A stretch of DNA of 64,000 nucleotides, taken from positions 105,360 to 169,359 of the forward strand of contig JACKFN010000002.1 in assembly GCA_020632445.1 (NCBI GenBank). Reading direction: 5' to 3'. Origin of the DNA: Candidatus Nomurabacteria bacterium. GTDB taxonomy: Bacteria; Patescibacteriota; Patescibacteriia; Magasanikbacterales; UBA922. The position numbers and the translations under genes are program-made. Below the pieces are notes generated by a model. It made no database searches, was not told where the DNA came from, and saw nothing but the letters and a program-made list of their open reading frames with translations. Shown here piece by piece: positions 48,556-58,019 of the stretch. How positions within the stretch are numbered: the stretch's first letter is position 1; each line of letters starts with the position of its first letter.

Positions 48556-49275
48556 ATGTGGGATATGAAAAAAAATGAAGTAAAGAAACTGATCCTTATT
48601 GCAAAAAAGCGAATGAGCCGTTCAAAAGATCCTATTCACGACCTTGCACATGTAAAAAGGGTTGTAAAATACGCCAAAAAGTTCTCAAAAAATGCTAAAT
48701 TAAGCGAAGATGAGGCTATGGCACTCGAACTTGCCTGCTTTTGGCATGATGTTGGCCGCACAGTCATTAAACGTCCTTCTATAGTCATAATGAGCTTTAT
48801 CGACGACACGATATCAGCATGCATGCTCCTCAAAGAAGCCATTCTCACCCGGTCATGGTCAGCATCTGTCCGTAAAGCTATCTTGCTCGTCTTGTGCAAT
48901 AATGCAGGTTTTGGACCACTTTTTACCAAGCTTCTATTGAGCAAACAAGACCGACACCTGCTCAACCTCCTCAACGATGCCGACAATTTTGATCTCTTCA
49001 ATTATCACCGCATGAATCGCATTGTGAAGCTTGCCGACAAATCATTCATATTCCATTATGGATATAAATTAACAGCATGGTGGTTTTTTAAACTTGAAAA
49101 AATTCGATTTAAAACTCAAGAAGCAAAAAAATACTTTCGAGAAGTGCTCAAACAACTTTCACAGTGGATGATGCAAGACCACATCAAAAAATGGCATATA
49201 GAAACATTTGGTTGGGATTGGTGCGAAAAAACACTGCTAAGAATTCACTCTCTGAGCTGTAAATATAACTACTAG
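48556..49275 (+). CDS. HD-domain metal-dependent phosphohydrolase
   Basis: It carries the H...HD motif pair IHDLAHVKRV and ACFWHDVGR. An extended -10 promoter (TGtgaTATAAT) lies upstream. Confidence 0.6.
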   Translation: MWDMKKNEVKKLILIAKKRMSRSKDPIHDLAHVKRVVKYAKKFSKNAKLSEDEAMALELACFWHDVGRTVIKRPSIVIMSFIDDTISACMLLKEAILTRSWSASVRKAILLVLCNNAGFGPLFTKLLLSKQDRHLLNLLNDADNFDLFNYHRMNRIVKLADKSFIFHYGYKLTAWWFFKLEKIRFKTQEAKKYFREVLKQLSQWMMQDHIKKWHIETFGWDWCEKTLLRIHSLSCKYNY

Positions 49276-49301
49276 CGGGCAAACGCCCGTTTTTTCTTGC
49301 T

Positions 49302-49991
49302 TTGAAAAAGTTTGACTGCTACAATACCATTGATAATAATCATTCTATGCCTTTTTCTTTTTTTTCAGAAAACAACAGAATTCGAAGACAGGCCGAAAAA
49401 AAACTCAATGAGTACAACAGGCCATCAATGAATTACTTCGTCCTCATTGCTTTGTCAGCCGCCATCGCCACATTTGGGCTCGCACTTGATAATACTTCCA
49501 TTGTCATCGGCGCTATGGTCGTTGCGCCGCTTATTACTCCGGTCTTTGCATTTTCTCTTGGATTGATACTCTTTCGTATGAAAAATGTTGCGAAGTCATT
49601 TCTGTCGCTCTTCTTCGGTACATTGGCAGGACTGTGCGTCTCCATTCTCATGGCAATGGTAGTAATTCTCATCAATGGCAACTTTGCGCTCGGAAGCGAA
49701 GTGCTTGGAAGAACAGAGCCTAACCTACTTTTTTTTCTCGTAGCATTTCTATCAGGTATCGCAGGTGCCTATGCCTACGGTAGACCACAGGTCCTCGAAT
49801 CCATCACCGGTATCGCTATATCCGTTGCCATTGTTCCTCCACTTGCTGTAACAGGTATTGGAATTGCATTGCAGAATTATCATCTTATGCAAACAAGTTT
49901 CTTACTCTATGCATTTAACTTGCTTGGAATTGCTTTTGGAAGTATTGTAACTTTTGTCGCACTCGGTTTCGGAAAGGATATCGAAACGTAA
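49302..49991 (+). CDS. Polytopic membrane protein (DUF389/TIGR00341-like)
   Basis: It has about 6 TM helices. The GAMVVAPLITPVFAFSLG pattern is present. Confidence 0.45.
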   Translation: MKKFDCYNTIDNNHSMPFSFFSENNRIRRQAEKKLNEYNRPSMNYFVLIALSAAIATFGLALDNTSIVIGAMVVAPLITPVFAFSLGLILFRMKNVAKSFLSLFFGTLAGLCVSILMAMVVILINGNFALGSEVLGRTEPNLLFFLVAFLSGIAGAYAYGRPQVLESITGIAISVAIVPPLAVTGIGIALQNYHLMQTSFLLYAFNLLGIAFGSIVTFVALGFGKDIET

Positions 49992-50133
49992 ATTTTTTTC
50001 AAAAAACTTTGTAGTGCTTCAAAAAAAGTTATACACAGTTTTTTCCTGCAAACTCTTAAAAAAATTTGCAAAAAAACATATAATGTATGTAGGTCGATTG
50101 CATACTTTTTTTTTACAAAAAGTTTTGCATAAC

Positions 50134-50162
50134 GTTTTACATCCATGCTTGTCATGTAAAAC
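50134..50162. promoter_or_regulatory. 9 bp inverted repeat GTTTTACAT-N11-ATGTAAAAC in the 5' leader of the H1-like gene, downstream of TATAAT at 50079-50084
   Basis: A perfect inverted repeat read from the sequence. It lies about 70 nt upstream of the strong RBS AAAGGAGG. Confidence 0.3.
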
Positions 50163-50230
50163 ATTTCAAGTTGGTGTGTGCCTAGGTCACATCAAATACA
50201 ACATAACCTCAAACGAAAGGAGGTGTCACT

Positions 50231-50599
50231 ATGCCAGCAAGAAAAAGAGCTACCAAAAAAAGCAGTGCTGCTCGTAAGCCTGCTAAGCGCAAAGCTGCTC
50301 CTAAGAAAAAGGCTACTGCAAAGCGTAAGCCTGCTAAGCGCAAAGCTGCTCCAAAGAAAAAGGCTGCTGCAAAGCGTAAGCCTGCTAAGCGCAAAGCTGC
50401 TCCAAAGAAAAAGGCTGCTGCAAAGCGTAAGCCTGCTAAGCGCAAAGCTGCTCCAAAGAAAAAGGCTGCTGCAAAGCGTAAGCCTGCTAAGCGCAAAGCT
50501 GCTCCAAAGAAAAAGGCTGCTGCAAAGCGTAAGCCTGCTAAGCGCAAAGCTGCTGCAAAGCGTCCTGCTCGAAGAAGATCAACTTCAAAGAAGAAATAA
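50231..50599 (+). CDS. Histone H1-like, lysine/alanine-rich DNA-binding protein built of tandem 17 aa repeats
   Basis: 122 aa, pI strongly basic. It has five-plus copies of KPAKRKAAPKKKAAAKR. The RBS is AAAGGAGGTG and a terminator follows. The protein resembles Hc1/AlgP/BpH1-type bacterial H1-like proteins in composition. Confidence 0.7.
   Translation: MPARKRATKKSSAARKPAKRKAAPKKKATAKRKPAKRKAAPKKKAAAKRKPAKRKAAPKKKAAAKRKPAKRKAAPKKKAAAKRKPAKRKAAPKKKAAAKRKPAKRKAAAKRPARRRSTSKKK
50276..50562 (+). repeat. 51 bp tandem DNA repeat: 5 full copies plus a diverged 6th
   Basis: Units start at 50276, 50327, 50378, 50429, 50480 and 50531. Copies 2-5 are essentially identical, and the first differs at a few sites. 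The repeat encodes the 17 aa protein repeat. Confidence 0.85.
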
Positions 50600-50611
50600 A
50601 TTTTTCTTCAT

Positions 50612-50640
50612 CACAAAAAGAGGCCAAAAGCCTCTTTTTG
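50612..50640. terminator. Bidirectional terminator between the H1-like gene (+) and the PHP-domain gene (-)
   Basis: AAAGAGGC-caaaa-GCCTCTTTTT. Confidence 0.55.
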
Positions 50641-50655
50641 CTTTGGGAACTTTTT

Positions 50656-51960
50656 TTATAGATTCATTCCAAGCTGCTTTGCCCGTCCCCGCTGCTGAGC
50701 ACTTTGAAAAACTTTTACCACTCCAAACTCCCCATCATACCCTGGTTGGATATAAATATCTCCTTCTCTTACCTTTTGAATTGCATTGGCAACTTCTTTG
50801 GATGAATACTTTTCTATCTCTTTTACATCACCATGAATAAGTACACTAAACTCACTTCCCATCTTTTCAATTAACCCATCATATATTTTCTTGACGGCCT
50901 TGCTTGATACACCAACTTGAATGGTGTCGGAAATAATTTCTGGGAGTGGAACAATACTTTTAAATGGAATTCGCTCAAACTGGTTGGCACTACCGTGTGG
51001 CCGTGACGCAAGCTCCTGTACCCTGTTGAGCACACCTACAACAAGTTTCTTCTTGCACTTTGGACATATTCCTTTGAGCCTCTTTGTTTGCTCTGGCTCA
51101 CACCAAAAACCACAATCCCTATGTCCATCGCAATGATATTTTCCTTCTTCTGGATAAAATTCTATGGTATACAAAAATTCGCTTTTCTTTGCTTCCCGGA
51201 TGATCTGCATAATCCTCAAATATGTAATATCAAGCTCACTTTGAAAGGAAAACACATTTGCTTCCCTACCTAATTTCTGTGGACTGTGCGCATCAGAGTT
51301 TGACACCAAAGTAATCTTATCCAAAAAATCACACTGCCAATTCATCAGAGGGTCACTAGAGAGTCCGGTTTCGATAGCAAAAATGTGTGGTGTCAAATCT
51401 TCAAAAGCCTCTTCGAGAGAATCATATCCACTTTTTGAACCAAAAATACCAAACCATGGCGTCCATACATGTGCAGGTATCATCACCATACGCTCATCAA
51501 CATCAAGCATTAACTCTAAGAGTGCTTTGCTGGTAATACCCAGTATGGGACGTCCGTCAGCATACAAGTTAAACCCCATGTCAGCTAGCTTCTGATTAAA
51601 CTTTTCTGCAACCGATATACTTGGAGCAAAAACAAGATGGTGAACTCTCCGAGTTGCTCCCTTATCTTTTTTGATAACCGAAACTTCTGTACCCAAAAGA
51701 AACTTCGTTTGATGATTTCGCAGGATAGAAAACTCTTGATCGTTTTTCACTTCTTCTTTTAATACAAAAACACCCTCTGAATGCTCCACCAAACTTTCCT
51801 GAATATGTTCAAACCACTTTGGGTGCGTAAAATCACCGGTCACTACAATATCGATTCCGCGTATAGCACAACTACGTGCAATTTCTGGAAGCTCAAGATG
51901 CTTGGAGCATGCCCGAGAGTACTTTGAATGAATATGGAGGTCAAGAATTTGTTGGATCAT
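50656..51960 (-). CDS. PHP-domain protein with a central C4 zinc ribbon. Its architecture resembles endonuclease Q / the TIGR00375 family.
   Basis: 434 aa. The N-terminus is LDLHIHSKYS (PHP motif I), with further His/Asp PHP motifs. The zinc-ribbon region reads YHCDGHRDCGFWC...GICPKCKKKL. Confidence 0.5.
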   Translation of the reverse strand: MIQQILDLHIHSKYSRACSKHLELPEIARSCAIRGIDIVVTGDFTHPKWFEHIQESLVEHSEGVFVLKEEVKNDQEFSILRNHQTKFLLGTEVSVIKKDKGATRRVHHLVFAPSISVAEKFNQKLADMGFNLYADGRPILGITSKALLELMLDVDERMVMIPAHVWTPWFGIFGSKSGYDSLEEAFEDLTPHIFAIETGLSSDPLMNWQCDFLDKITLVSNSDAHSPQKLGREANVFSFQSELDITYLRIMQIIREAKKSEFLYTIEFYPEEGKYHCDGHRDCGFWCEPEQTKRLKGICPKCKKKLVVGVLNRVQELASRPHGSANQFERIPFKSIVPLPEIISDTIQVGVSSKAVKKIYDGLIEKMGSEFSVLIHGDVKEIEKYSSKEVANAIQKVREGDIYIQPGYDGEFGVVKVFQSAQQRGRAKQLGMNL

Positions 51961-52781
51961 ACATCTTTAGATTTCGACTTATCTTGTGCTCCATTCCAGG
52001 CAAGATCAAAAAGGAGCTTCATCATACCATGAATCGTAGGATCTTCAATAATCACCCCAATAAGACCCTTTTCATCAAAATTCACAAGTGAAATTCTGTT
52101 CCGGTCATAAATGGTGAGCTCTGCAGAAAAAGTAAACTTTTCTTTTTCTATAAAACGTACCTGCGGCCAAATTTTTTTGTCAACATGATTGTACACGGTC
52201 TTGCCATAGTCTATACCAAATTGTGTCATTGGTAAAATACCCTTCGCCGTCACTCCATTTTTCGCTTTTTCCCGTACATAATCACGCAAAAATTCTTTGG
52301 GGAGAAACTGCATCAAATTTTCTATCTGAGAAAATCCATACATCTCATACTTCTGCTTCCCTGCGACATGATCGTCATACACCTGCATTACCCCCTCACG
52401 CCCTTCATAAAAAATTACCTTTGGTTTATTTGGAGTAAGAGTAAACAACCCCTCAAGTTCTGGAATAAGTCGCTGCGCTTGCTCAACACCCTCTCTTGCC
52501 ATCCTCATTCTTCCCTTTGCATACCGGACAAGTTTTTCCGGCCTTTCGAGCTGATAAAAGATCTTTTTTTTCTTCTCAAGCTCTGTAACGAGCCCCTTGA
52601 TAGCCAATCGCTCAAGCAAAGCATACACCGTACTTCTGTTGAGGGAGCAGTGCTTTGCGATCTTTGAAGGATACGCTCCTCCCAAATCATAAAGAGCGCA
52701 GTATACGAGCGCTTCTTTGCGAGAAAGCCCCGCCTTTTCAAGTTGTGTTTGGAGTCTAAGGTTCCCACTCACAATTTCCAT
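51957..52781 (-). CDS. TrmB-family transcriptional regulator (paralog of the gene at the left edge)
   Basis: The wHTH reads SRKEALVYCALYDLGGAYPSKIAKHCSLNRSTVYALLERLAIKGLV. A C-terminal effector domain is present. Its start overlaps the PHP gene stop. Confidence 0.6.
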   Translation of the reverse strand: MEIVSGNLRLQTQLEKAGLSRKEALVYCALYDLGGAYPSKIAKHCSLNRSTVYALLERLAIKGLVTELEKKKKIFYQLERPEKLVRYAKGRMRMAREGVEQAQRLIPELEGLFTLTPNKPKVIFYEGREGVMQVYDDHVAGKQKYEMYGFSQIENLMQFLPKEFLRDYVREKAKNGVTAKGILPMTQFGIDYGKTVYNHVDKKIWPQVRFIEKEKFTFSAELTIYDRNRISLVNFDEKGLIGVIIEDPTIHGMMKLLFDLAWNGAQDKSKSKDV

Positions 52782-52971
52782 ATTGTTTTGCTTTTTCTAC
52801 TATACCATTTCTTTATTTTTTGTCAATTTATACGAACACTTTTTTATTATTAAGCTTTTTTTGTTTGTTTTTAGTTAAATTTTAGTACTTTTTTTGTTAA
52901 CTACCACAAACGTTTTATGAAATCATATATTCTACGATGAACTCACCAAATGTATTCATTCATACTTCTTT

Positions 52972-54099
52972 ATGAAAAAACTTATATTTTCAATGGCCGC
53001 AATCACCCTACTCGCCACTGGATGCTCGTCGCAAAACGCATCACACACAAAAGATGTCCCATCGGTCATAAAAATTGGATTCATTGGACCACTCTCTGGT
53101 GACGCAGCGAGTTATGGCGTCCCTTCAAAGGATGCCATTGAGCTTGCCAAGCAAGAGATTAACGAAACTGGTGGCATCAACGGTTCAACACTGGAAATCG
53201 TTTACGAAGATGGAAAGTGTGATGGAAAAGGAGCCTCTGCAGCCATCCGAAAACTCATTGATATTGATAAAGTTCAATATATTATTGGCGGTTTTTGTAG
53301 TGGAGAAACCTTAGCGGCAGCACCAGTTGCCGAGCAAAATAAAGTAATACTTTTTTCTTCGTCATCGGGAAGCCCTGACATTACCCATGCAGGAGACTTT
53401 ATCTTTCGAAACTTCCCGTCTGATGCCAGTTCTGCTACCAAGCTTGCAAAGCTTGCCAAAGAAAAGGGAATGCTCCGTGTTGCCACTCTTACAGAAATTA
53501 CTGATTATGCCCAGGCCTTTACACGCACCTTTTCACAAACCTTTGAAAAACTTGGTGGTTCGCTGGTTACACGGCAAGAATATGAGAGCTCTTCAAAAGA
53601 TTTTCGATCGCAACTTACCAAGGTAAAGGCCAGTGACGCAGATGCCATCTTAGTTATCGCGCAGACTCCAGAAGAGTTTGCCCTTATACTCAAACAAATA
53701 AAAGAAATAGGAATTGACCTCCCACTTCTTTCCAATGAATTTTTGGTATCTGACATGGTCAAAGAAAGTAGCTCACTCGTGCAAGAAGGATACTATGCAG
53801 AGCCACTCTTTGATGAGACAAGGCCAGCGACAAAGGCATACATGGACAAATACCAAGCAGCCTACCAAAGCCACGGATCTCTTCCTCCCGTCTATATTGC
53901 AACAGCCTACGATGCCGTCTATATTGCAAAAGAAGCAATTGAGGCTTCAGGCCTTAACACGGAAAAAATTCGAGACTACCTTTATAGCATAAAAAATCGC
54001 GAAGGCGCGGCAGGAACGCTTTCCATTGATGCCAATGGAGATGCTGAATTCCAATATGTAGTAAAAGAAATTCGAAATGGAGTGGTGCAAGACCTCTAG
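52972..54099 (+). CDS. ABC-transporter substrate-binding lipoprotein, branched-chain amino acid (LivJ/LivK-like) family
   Basis: The lipobox is LLATGC. IKIGFIGPLSGDAASYGVPSKDAIELAKQEINETGGINGSTLEIVYEDGKCD matches Peripla_BP_6. No permease or ATPase genes are adjacent. Confidence 0.8.
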   Translation: MKKLIFSMAAITLLATGCSSQNASHTKDVPSVIKIGFIGPLSGDAASYGVPSKDAIELAKQEINETGGINGSTLEIVYEDGKCDGKGASAAIRKLIDIDKVQYIIGGFCSGETLAAAPVAEQNKVILFSSSSGSPDITHAGDFIFRNFPSDASSATKLAKLAKEKGMLRVATLTEITDYAQAFTRTFSQTFEKLGGSLVTRQEYESSSKDFRSQLTKVKASDADAILVIAQTPEEFALILKQIKEIGIDLPLLSNEFLVSDMVKESSSLVQEGYYAEPLFDETRPATKAYMDKYQAAYQSHGSLPPVYIATAYDAVYIAKEAIEASGLNTEKIRDYLYSIKNREGAAGTLSIDANGDAEFQYVVKEIRNGVVQDL

Positions 54100-54110
54100 A
54101 AATCTCCTAC

Positions 54111-54142
54111 AAAGAACCGAGTAGCTCCTCGGTTCTTTTATT
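54111..54142. terminator. Bidirectional rho-independent terminator
   Basis: GAACCGAG-tagctc-CTCGGTTCTTTTATTTCTTT. Confidence 0.5.
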
Positions 54143-55385
54143 TCTTTGTCGGGGAAAATACTTGATATATAACAATTACTACAAAAACTGTAAACAAATA
54201 TATCTGGTAACCGAATGCAAATGCAGCCCCATTGATAGGCTCGTAAACTCCAAAAGAACATACGGCTGCAAAAAAAATCGCCATCAGACAAAGACAGAGT
54301 TTGGACAAAAAATCGTAACGATCCTTTTTGTGTTTCCACTGACGAACAATATGCCGTATTTCCTTTATAAAAAGCTTCCACAGGAGAAAACAAACCTTTC
54401 CCAGTATTGGCCATACGAGTATCAAAGGCAGCGCAAAAAGACGAGCTTCTTGTGCCTTTGCAGCCCAAAATACAAACGTCGTGTTGATAATCACTGATAA
54501 TACAAAAGCAAACAATAGACGCTGTACTTGCTTTTTTAGGTGAAAATGGCGGGAAAATGCGCGCAGCATGGCAAGCGGCAATCCCAAAACGACAAAGAAG
54601 CTCACTAAAGACTCCAAGGTATGTGCCCCATCCTGAAAATTGAACATCCAGTGCCGAAACCTTTCATCAGACATATATTCCCAAGCGACTGTACCGTAAT
54701 CGCTGTGCACACTGAACCAATATATGGCACCAAGGTATGCTCCCGTTGCCAAAAGCATTGCAAAAACACTTCTGACAAATACAATATCCGTAAATGCATG
54801 CTTTTTATTTGGCATGAGAAAAAATACAAACCCAGGGATGAGCAAGACACTCGTTTCACGTGCAAAAAGGGCCAGAAAAAAAGAGACAGAAAACCCTATC
54901 CACCATCTTTTCATAGCACACAAAAGCGTCAGCAAAAGAAACAAATACTGAAATGGCTCGTCGTAGGAGTAAATAGGTATGCCAAAGGCAAAGAGAATCG
55001 AAAAGCTGAGATAAAAAAATACCACCGCCAGATAGGCATTGCGATCTCTTTGCTTAAATGCCTTGGCAAGATAGAATAAAGCCATCCCACACAAAAATAA
55101 AAGCCCAAAATTTACGGCAATAAACGCATTGGCATAACTCACATCAAGTATTCTATGAACAAAATCAATGGCAAATGATGTCATCGGCCTTCGTACAAAG
55201 GCCGGGTGCTGCATGTGGTAATCATACACTTCCTGTATGAAACCATGGTTGATATTATTCTTGTAATCCCAAGGATCCACCATCCCAATATCAAGACTTA
55301 GCATGCTTGGAAAGAAATAGTGCAAGGCAAAAATGCCTAGTGTAAACGCTAGGCATAAAAAGAATGTTTTGAGCAGTGTTTTCAT
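54138..55385 (-). CDS. Polytopic integral membrane protein (~11 TM; possibly a GT-C-like glycosyltransferase or ligase, unverified)
   Basis: 415 aa, with hydrophobic helices throughout. No soluble domain. Confidence 0.4.
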   Translation of the reverse strand: MKTLLKTFFLCLAFTLGIFALHYFFPSMLSLDIGMVDPWDYKNNINHGFIQEVYDYHMQHPAFVRRPMTSFAIDFVHRILDVSYANAFIAVNFGLLFLCGMALFYLAKAFKQRDRNAYLAVVFFYLSFSILFAFGIPIYSYDEPFQYLFLLLTLLCAMKRWWIGFSVSFFLALFARETSVLLIPGFVFFLMPNKKHAFTDIVFVRSVFAMLLATGAYLGAIYWFSVHSDYGTVAWEYMSDERFRHWMFNFQDGAHTLESLVSFFVVLGLPLAMLRAFSRHFHLKKQVQRLLFAFVLSVIINTTFVFWAAKAQEARLFALPLILVWPILGKVCFLLWKLFIKEIRHIVRQWKHKKDRYDFLSKLCLCLMAIFFAAVCSFGVYEPINGAAFAFGYQIYLFTVFVVIVIYQVFSPTKK

Positions 55386-56107
55386 TTTCCACTATATTCT
55401 ATGTCTTCTTCACTCAGTCGACGAATCCCAGCGTCCGAGTGTTTTTCTTCTATAACGTGCGCAAGAAGTCCTGGGACTCGTCCAATAATAAAGATAGCAT
55501 CTCCCTGATCTGGCGTAAAGCCCATGTCACACAAAATGGCAGCAATAACCCCATCAATGTTAAAAGGAAGTGGCTTTGATGATATTGCACTCAGCTCGCC
55601 TTGGACTTGTTTGGCGAACTGACTATACTTTCCTAAAACACCGTTTTCTTGCGCAATGGCAAAAAGCGTTTCGCTGCGTGGATCTCTATCCGTGAATACC
55701 TTGTGGCCAAAACCTGGTACACGAATCTTTTGTTCTTTGAGACTCAAAAGAAGTTGTTTCAAATTCTTTGTGGATTCATTTTCAAGAAAAAACTGCATGG
55801 CCATCCCAGTGGCAAGTCCATGCCTTTGACCAAAACCAAGTAACCCCGCTGCAAGGGATGCATTGAGAGGGTTTTTGGCTGACACGGATACACGGGCATT
55901 GAGCGCCGAAGTATTTACGCTATGATCAATTGAACTTATCAAAAGCGCATCCATCATTCGTCCCTCACTCTCGTTTGGGAGTCTTCCCTGCAAAATATGG
56001 AAAACCGATTGTGCAAAAGAATGCCCCTTTACCAGCGTTTCCAAAGCAATGCCACGGATATACTCTCCGTCTTCACGAATGTCGGTTATACTTGTTTGAA
56101 ATTTCAT
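55382..56107 (-). CDS. Truncated citrate-synthase-fold protein (citryl-CoA lyase / ATP-citrate-lyase C-domain-like)
   Basis: VPGFGHKVFTDRDPRSE matches the citrate synthase signature G-F-G-H-x-V-Y-x-x-x-D-P-R. PLPFNIDGVIAAIL matches the catalytic-Asp region (NVDFYSG). It is only ~242 aa, covering the small domain and the C-terminal half of citrate synthase. The start was chosen at MKFQTSITDI (ATG 56105-56107). Confidence 0.6.
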   Translation of the reverse strand: MKFQTSITDIREDGEYIRGIALETLVKGHSFAQSVFHILQGRLPNESEGRMMDALLISSIDHSVNTSALNARVSVSAKNPLNASLAAGLLGFGQRHGLATGMAMQFFLENESTKNLKQLLLSLKEQKIRVPGFGHKVFTDRDPRSETLFAIAQENGVLGKYSQFAKQVQGELSAISSKPLPFNIDGVIAAILCDMGFTPDQGDAIFIIGRVPGLLAHVIEEKHSDAGIRRLSEEDIEYSGK

Positions 56108-56108
56108 A

Positions 56109-56618
56109 TTACAAAAACATTTCCATAAAATAATCATCGTAAAATTTTCCATCAATAAGCATTTCCTTTTCAAGCGTACACAGTACACTAAACCCAAGCT
56201 TCTTATAAAAAGCAACAGCCCTTTCATTTTCTTTATTCACCAAAAGTTGTAGCTTGAGTACACCAGCTTCCTTGAGCTTATCCGTCAAAAACTCAAAAAG
56301 CCGCTTTGAAATTCCTTTCCCCCTATATTCGGTTTCTACAAAGACTGCCTTAAGATGTGCGACATGCCTTAACCTCGGAAGTGCGTCAATATACGCTCCC
56401 ATGAATCCCACAACTTTTTCACCTTCCATAGCAAAATATTGCCACGACGTTTCTTCTAACCAATTCTTTTCCAAACTTTGACGCCACTGCTCCTCACTAC
56501 GCTCCTTTTCAAGCTCATAGCTACTTCCAAAAGCAATTGGCTCAACCTGAAGAGATTTGAGACGAATGTCTTTAAAAAGTTCCCATTGATCTGGATGAAG
56601 TTTTATTATTTCAATCAT
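56109..56618 (-). CDS. GNAT-family N-acetyltransferase
   Basis: It carries VVGFMGAY...VFVETEYRGKGISKRLFEFL...AFYKKLGF (motifs A and B). Confidence 0.75.
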   Translation of the reverse strand: MIEIIKLHPDQWELFKDIRLKSLQVEPIAFGSSYELEKERSEEQWRQSLEKNWLEETSWQYFAMEGEKVVGFMGAYIDALPRLRHVAHLKAVFVETEYRGKGISKRLFEFLTDKLKEAGVLKLQLLVNKENERAVAFYKKLGFSVLCTLEKEMLIDGKFYDDYFMEMFL

Positions 56619-56626
56619 ACCATTTT

Positions 56627-57523
56627 TTATGCATATGGCTGTACTAACTCTACCAAATGTTCATAGGTTTGTGCAATCATGACTCCTGCAGCCTTGAGGG
56701 CAGCTTCTTTTTCAGCAGCGCCTTTCCCACGCTCAACAATTGCCCCGGCATGACCGATATTTACTCCCTCAGGAAGACTGTTAGCAAACTTTCCCCCCAC
56801 AAAAACCGCGAGCGGCTTGGTAAATCCTTTATCACGAACCAAGTCAGCAATCTCAAACTCATAACTCCCACCATGCTCACCAAAAATAATCACTGCCTTA
56901 GTCTGCGTATCTTTTTCAAATTCTTTCAAAATATCTGCATAGGTCGTCCCCATCAAAAGATCCCCACCTACGTGCACCGCACTGCTTTGTCCCATCCCCG
57001 CCCTACGAACCTGCCAAGAGAGTTCATTCGTCATTCCACCAGATCGAGATATAATTCCAATCGAACCTGGCATAAAAATCTCATCTGCTTGATCTTTAGG
57101 TCCTCCAATAACCCCCACACGAGCCTGACCTGGATTGATAAATCCAAGTGAGCTCGGCCCAATAATCCTGGCGCCTCGCTCTTTGGCAGCAGATAGACAA
57201 TAGGCCGTATCCTTGATGGGTACTCGCTCAATAATGGGATTGATGATCTTTACTCCTGCTTCTATAGCTTCCATCATTGCCTCTCTTGCAGCAAATGGCG
57301 GCACATAAATAGCACTAACATCAACGGGTCCAAGCCTGTCCACCAGATCCTGCACTGTGTGAAATACAGGCTTGCCTTCCACAAACTCACCAGCCTTGCC
57401 TGGACGTGTTCCACCAATGACATTGCTTCCATACTCAAGCATAGCCGTCGTCGCACTTTGCCCTTCTTTTCCAGTAATACCTTGTACAATAATCTTTGAG
57501 CTTTTATCAACGAATATTCCCAT
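56627..57523 (-). CDS. Succinyl-CoA synthetase alpha-subunit-like CoA-binding / phospho-His subunit
   Basis: The N-terminus is KIIVQGITGKEG. It also carries IISRSGGMTNE and the phospho-His motif GHAGAIV. Confidence 0.85.
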   Translation of the reverse strand: MGIFVDKSSKIIVQGITGKEGQSATTAMLEYGSNVIGGTRPGKAGEFVEGKPVFHTVQDLVDRLGPVDVSAIYVPPFAAREAMMEAIEAGVKIINPIIERVPIKDTAYCLSAAKERGARIIGPSSLGFINPGQARVGVIGGPKDQADEIFMPGSIGIISRSGGMTNELSWQVRRAGMGQSSAVHVGGDLLMGTTYADILKEFEKDTQTKAVIIFGEHGGSYEFEIADLVRDKGFTKPLAVFVGGKFANSLPEGVNIGHAGAIVERGKGAAEKEAALKAAGVMIAQTYEHLVELVQPYA

Positions 57524-57524
57524 A

Positions 57525-58019
57525 CTACAAGTATCTCTTTAAATCATTAAAAATAGCCCCTTCCGGACAGCTACCACCTACAATAGCACGTGCCATAAAT
57601 CTGTCCTTCTCAACATTTTCTTCATCTCCAATATTTTCAAAGTAACGACCATTTACAAGCACGTCCGCGGCCTTGAGTGCAAGTGCCTCATGACTGTGCG
57701 CTCTACAGGCTTCAATGATGTCTTCGTTTTTACTATACCAATCTTTTGGCCCATCGTCCTTGGTTACCAAACGTACGTATTCGACAACCTGTTTGCCAAA
57801 TAACGCCATTACCTCCTGATCAGAAACTGTCGTTTCCTCAAAAATATCATGCAGAAATCCTGCCACCACCACATCAGCGCTGTACCCATACCGTATGAGC
57901 TCGTAGCCAACATCGAGCGTATGAAAGAGTTCACACTTATCATCATCTTGTACATTTTGATACCGTTCAAAGACAAAAATAATGGCTTCTTGATATTTTT
58001 TGTACATCTCATTACTCAT
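57525..58019 (-). CDS. HD-domain phosphohydrolase (YfbR-like)
   Basis: It carries ELFHTLDVG and VVAGFLHDIFEET. Confidence 0.6.
   Translation of the reverse strand: MSNEMYKKYQEAIIFVFERYQNVQDDDKCELFHTLDVGYELIRYGYSADVVVAGFLHDIFEETTVSDQEVMALFGKQVVEYVRLVTKDDGPKDWYSKNEDIIEACRAHSHEALALKAADVLVNGRYFENIGDEENVEKDRFMARAIVGGSCPEGAIFNDLKRYL

Noticed and set aside
50178-50840. ORFs 50178..50840 (+) and 50209..50547 (-) overlapping the 51 bp repeat array
   Set aside because: These are alternative frames of the same tandem repeat (LLSAKLLQRKRLLQSVS... and FAAAFFFGAALRLAGLR...). They lack a Shine-Dalgarno site. The in-frame H1-like ORF has a strong RBS and a terminator.
54138-55385. Calling the 415 aa polytopic membrane protein an O-antigen ligase, ArnT or PMT-type glycosyltransferase
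   Set aside because: Only the hydrophobicity pattern supports this. No diagnostic motif (for example the DE/DxD periplasmic loop) could be identified by eye, so it is left as a hypothetical membrane protein.
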